Positions 62,280 through 64,000 of a stretch of DNA of 64,000 bases are shown piece after piece. How positions within the stretch are numbered: position 1 is the stretch's first letter; each line of letters begins with the position of its first letter. Below the pieces are notes generated by a model. It was not told the origin of the DNA. It did not search any database and saw only the letters and a list, made by a program, of their open reading frames with translations. Origin of the DNA: an uncultured Iamiaceae bacterium (GTDB taxonomy: Bacteria; Actinomycetota; Acidimicrobiia; Acidimicrobiales; Acidimicrobilacustridaceae); contig CAVYED010000009.1 in NCBI GenBank assembly GCA_963767615.1, forward strand, positions 77,323 to 141,322. The letters run 5' to 3'. The translations under genes were made by a program, and so were the position numbers.

Positions 62280-63349
62280 CCGAGGTCGAACGCCGCGCCG
62301 CCGATGCCCCGCCCGCGCTCCTCACGGTGGCTGGACCGGTGGAACGACGGCTGCGAGAGCTCCTCGCCGCCGAGACCGGGCGGTGGCTCGAGGTCGACCC
62401 CGACCTCGGGGCCCCGCTCGACGTGCTCACCCGCTTCGTCCTCAACGGAGGCAAGCGCCTCCGACCGGCGTTCTGTCACTGGGCGTTCGTGGGAGCGGGC
62501 GGTGACCCCGCCGATCCGATGGTCATCGACGCCGGAGCCGCGTTCGAGCTGCTGCACGCCTTCGCGCTCGTCCACGACGACGTGATGGACGGCTCGCACA
62601 CCCGTCGGGGCGAGCGCACCGTCCACCTCGAGTTCGAGGACCTCCACGACCGCCACGACTGGAGAGGCGAGCCCCGGCGCTTCGGCGAGGGCGTGGCGAT
62701 CCTGGTCGGCGACCTGGCCGACGTCTACGCCGACCGCCTGATGGGAGCGGCGCCACCCCCGACGTTCGCCGTGTGGAGCGAGCTCAAGATCGAACTGAAC
62801 GTCGGCCAGTACCTCGACGTCCTCGGCACGGCCCGCCCGGGCACCGATCTGGCCACAGCGCACCGGATCGCTCGCTACAAGTCCGGCAAGTACACGATCG
62901 AACGTCCGCTGCACGTCGGTGCCGCACTCGCCGGTCGCTTCGAGGAGTTGGAAGAGGCCCTCTCGGCCTACGGTGCGCCACTCGGTGAGGCGTTCCAGCT
63001 TCGTGACGACATCCTCGGGGTCTTCGGCGACGCCACCCGCACCGGGAAGCCCGTCGGCGACGACCTGCGCGAGGGCAAGCCCACGCCGCTGCTGGCCACG
63101 GCGATGCAGTGGGCGAGCCCGGCCGATGCGGTGCTGCTCGATCGGGTCGGCGCGGTGGACCTCACCGACGACGAGGTGGTCGCCCTCCAACAGGTGTTGG
63201 TCGACAGCGGCGCAAAGGACCACATCGAAGCGACGATCGGCGACCTCACCGACGTCGCACTCCACACCCTGGAACGTTCACCGCTCCTGCCCGAAGCGGT
63301 GGATGCACTGACCGATCTGGCCCACTACGTCGCCGCCCGCGACCTGTAG
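62276..63349 (+). CDS. Polyprenyl (geranylgeranyl) diphosphate synthase
   Basis: GGKRLRP, HDDVMD, FQLRDD, DLREGK. Confidence 0.93.
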   Translation: MTEVERRAADAPPALLTVAGPVERRLRELLAAETGRWLEVDPDLGAPLDVLTRFVLNGGKRLRPAFCHWAFVGAGGDPADPMVIDAGAAFELLHAFALVHDDVMDGSHTRRGERTVHLEFEDLHDRHDWRGEPRRFGEGVAILVGDLADVYADRLMGAAPPPTFAVWSELKIELNVGQYLDVLGTARPGTDLATAHRIARYKSGKYTIERPLHVGAALAGRFEELEEALSAYGAPLGEAFQLRDDILGVFGDATRTGKPVGDDLREGKPTPLLATAMQWASPADAVLLDRVGAVDLTDDEVVALQQVLVDSGAKDHIEATIGDLTDVALHTLERSPLLPEAVDALTDLAHYVAARDL

Positions 63350-63358
63350 CGGCGAGGC

Positions 63359-64000
63359 TCAGCGCACGGCGAGGAGGGCTTCGTCGATGGGCAGGTCGAG
63401 CACACCGATGTCGGCGGCCACGGCGGCCAGCCAGTCGGGGCGGACCCGGGCGGACACGACGATGGGGTTCGGTACCTGCGCGTCCTCGACGGCGAAGCGC
63501 ACGAAGTCGAGGGCATAGTCGGGCGGACGAACGTCGCGTGACAGCTCGAGGAGCGCGTACGGATCCGGGAGTCCCGGTTGCGACGGCTCCAGCAGGGCGA
63601 CGTAGGGCGAGGGTGGTTGGTGGCCGCCACCGGCCAGGCCCGGGCCGTCGGCCAGGACGGCACCGTGCACCAGGTGCGGACGTCCGCCCGCGACGAGCAG
63701 GGCGATCCACGCGCCGACCCCCCTGCCGACGATCGTGAGCGGCCCGTGGAGCTGCAGCACCGCATCGACGTCGGCCATGAGCGCCTCGGGGGTGTAGCCG
63801 CCGCCCCGCGGCACATCGGAGGCGCCGTGGCCGGTGAAGTCGAGCCCCAGGACGGGCCCGGGCCAGTCGCCGGCCCACGACGGAACCTCGGTCGGGGTGG
63901 CCTCCCCGAGACCGTGGAGCAACAGCAGCGGCCGCCCGCCGCCCGCCGCGAGGGTGTGCAGCGCCAGGCGGAGGCGTCCCGACGGCAGGAGCTCGGTCGT
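63359..64000 (-). CDS. Alpha/beta-hydrolase fold protein (5' end at or beyond window edge)
   Basis: LLLHGLG, DFTGHGAS; nucleophile elbow reads GRGVG. Confidence 0.8.
   Translation of the reverse strand, partial: TTELLPSGRLRLALHTLAAGGGRPLLLLHGLGEATPTEVPSWAGDWPGPVLGLDFTGHGASDVPRGGGYTPEALMADVDAVLQLHGPLTIVGRGVGAWIALLVAGGRPHLVHGAVLADGPGLAGGGHQPPSPYVALLEPSQPGLPDPYALLELSRDVRPPDYALDFVRFAVEDAQVPNPIVVSARVRPDWLAAVAADIGVLDLPIDEALLAVR

Overview
64 kb of high-GC chromosome from an actinobacterium; gene content and style suggest class Acidimicrobiia (inference). Mostly housekeeping and metabolic genes: dut, orn, selA-selB, asd-ask, aat, ligC/primC/fenA-like repair genes, tadA, ffs-dnaX-ybaB-recR, xseAB and four tRNAs. 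No integrase, transposase or CRISPR array was seen. Two regulatory systems can be read directly from the DNA. (1) A compact DosR/DosS-like hypoxia island (about 1.6-9.3 kb) has Dos-box palindromes before an HPF-like gene, two PNPOx-like genes and, unexpectedly, a DsbB-thioredoxin operon. (2) A shared AC-N6-GT palindrome sits upstream of four dispersed ethylmalonyl-CoA pathway genes (hbd, ecm/meaA, thiolase, ccr-epi), suggesting an undescribed regulon. Other observations: a CRP-like site at a whiB promoter, pervasive leaderless promoters, tandem cyclophilins, tandem tatA genes and an unannotated 48-aa membrane protein. About 14 small frameshifts in 11 genes, including normally essential ones, most likely reflect long-read assembly errors. 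All calls come from reading the sequence by eye; no database searches were run.
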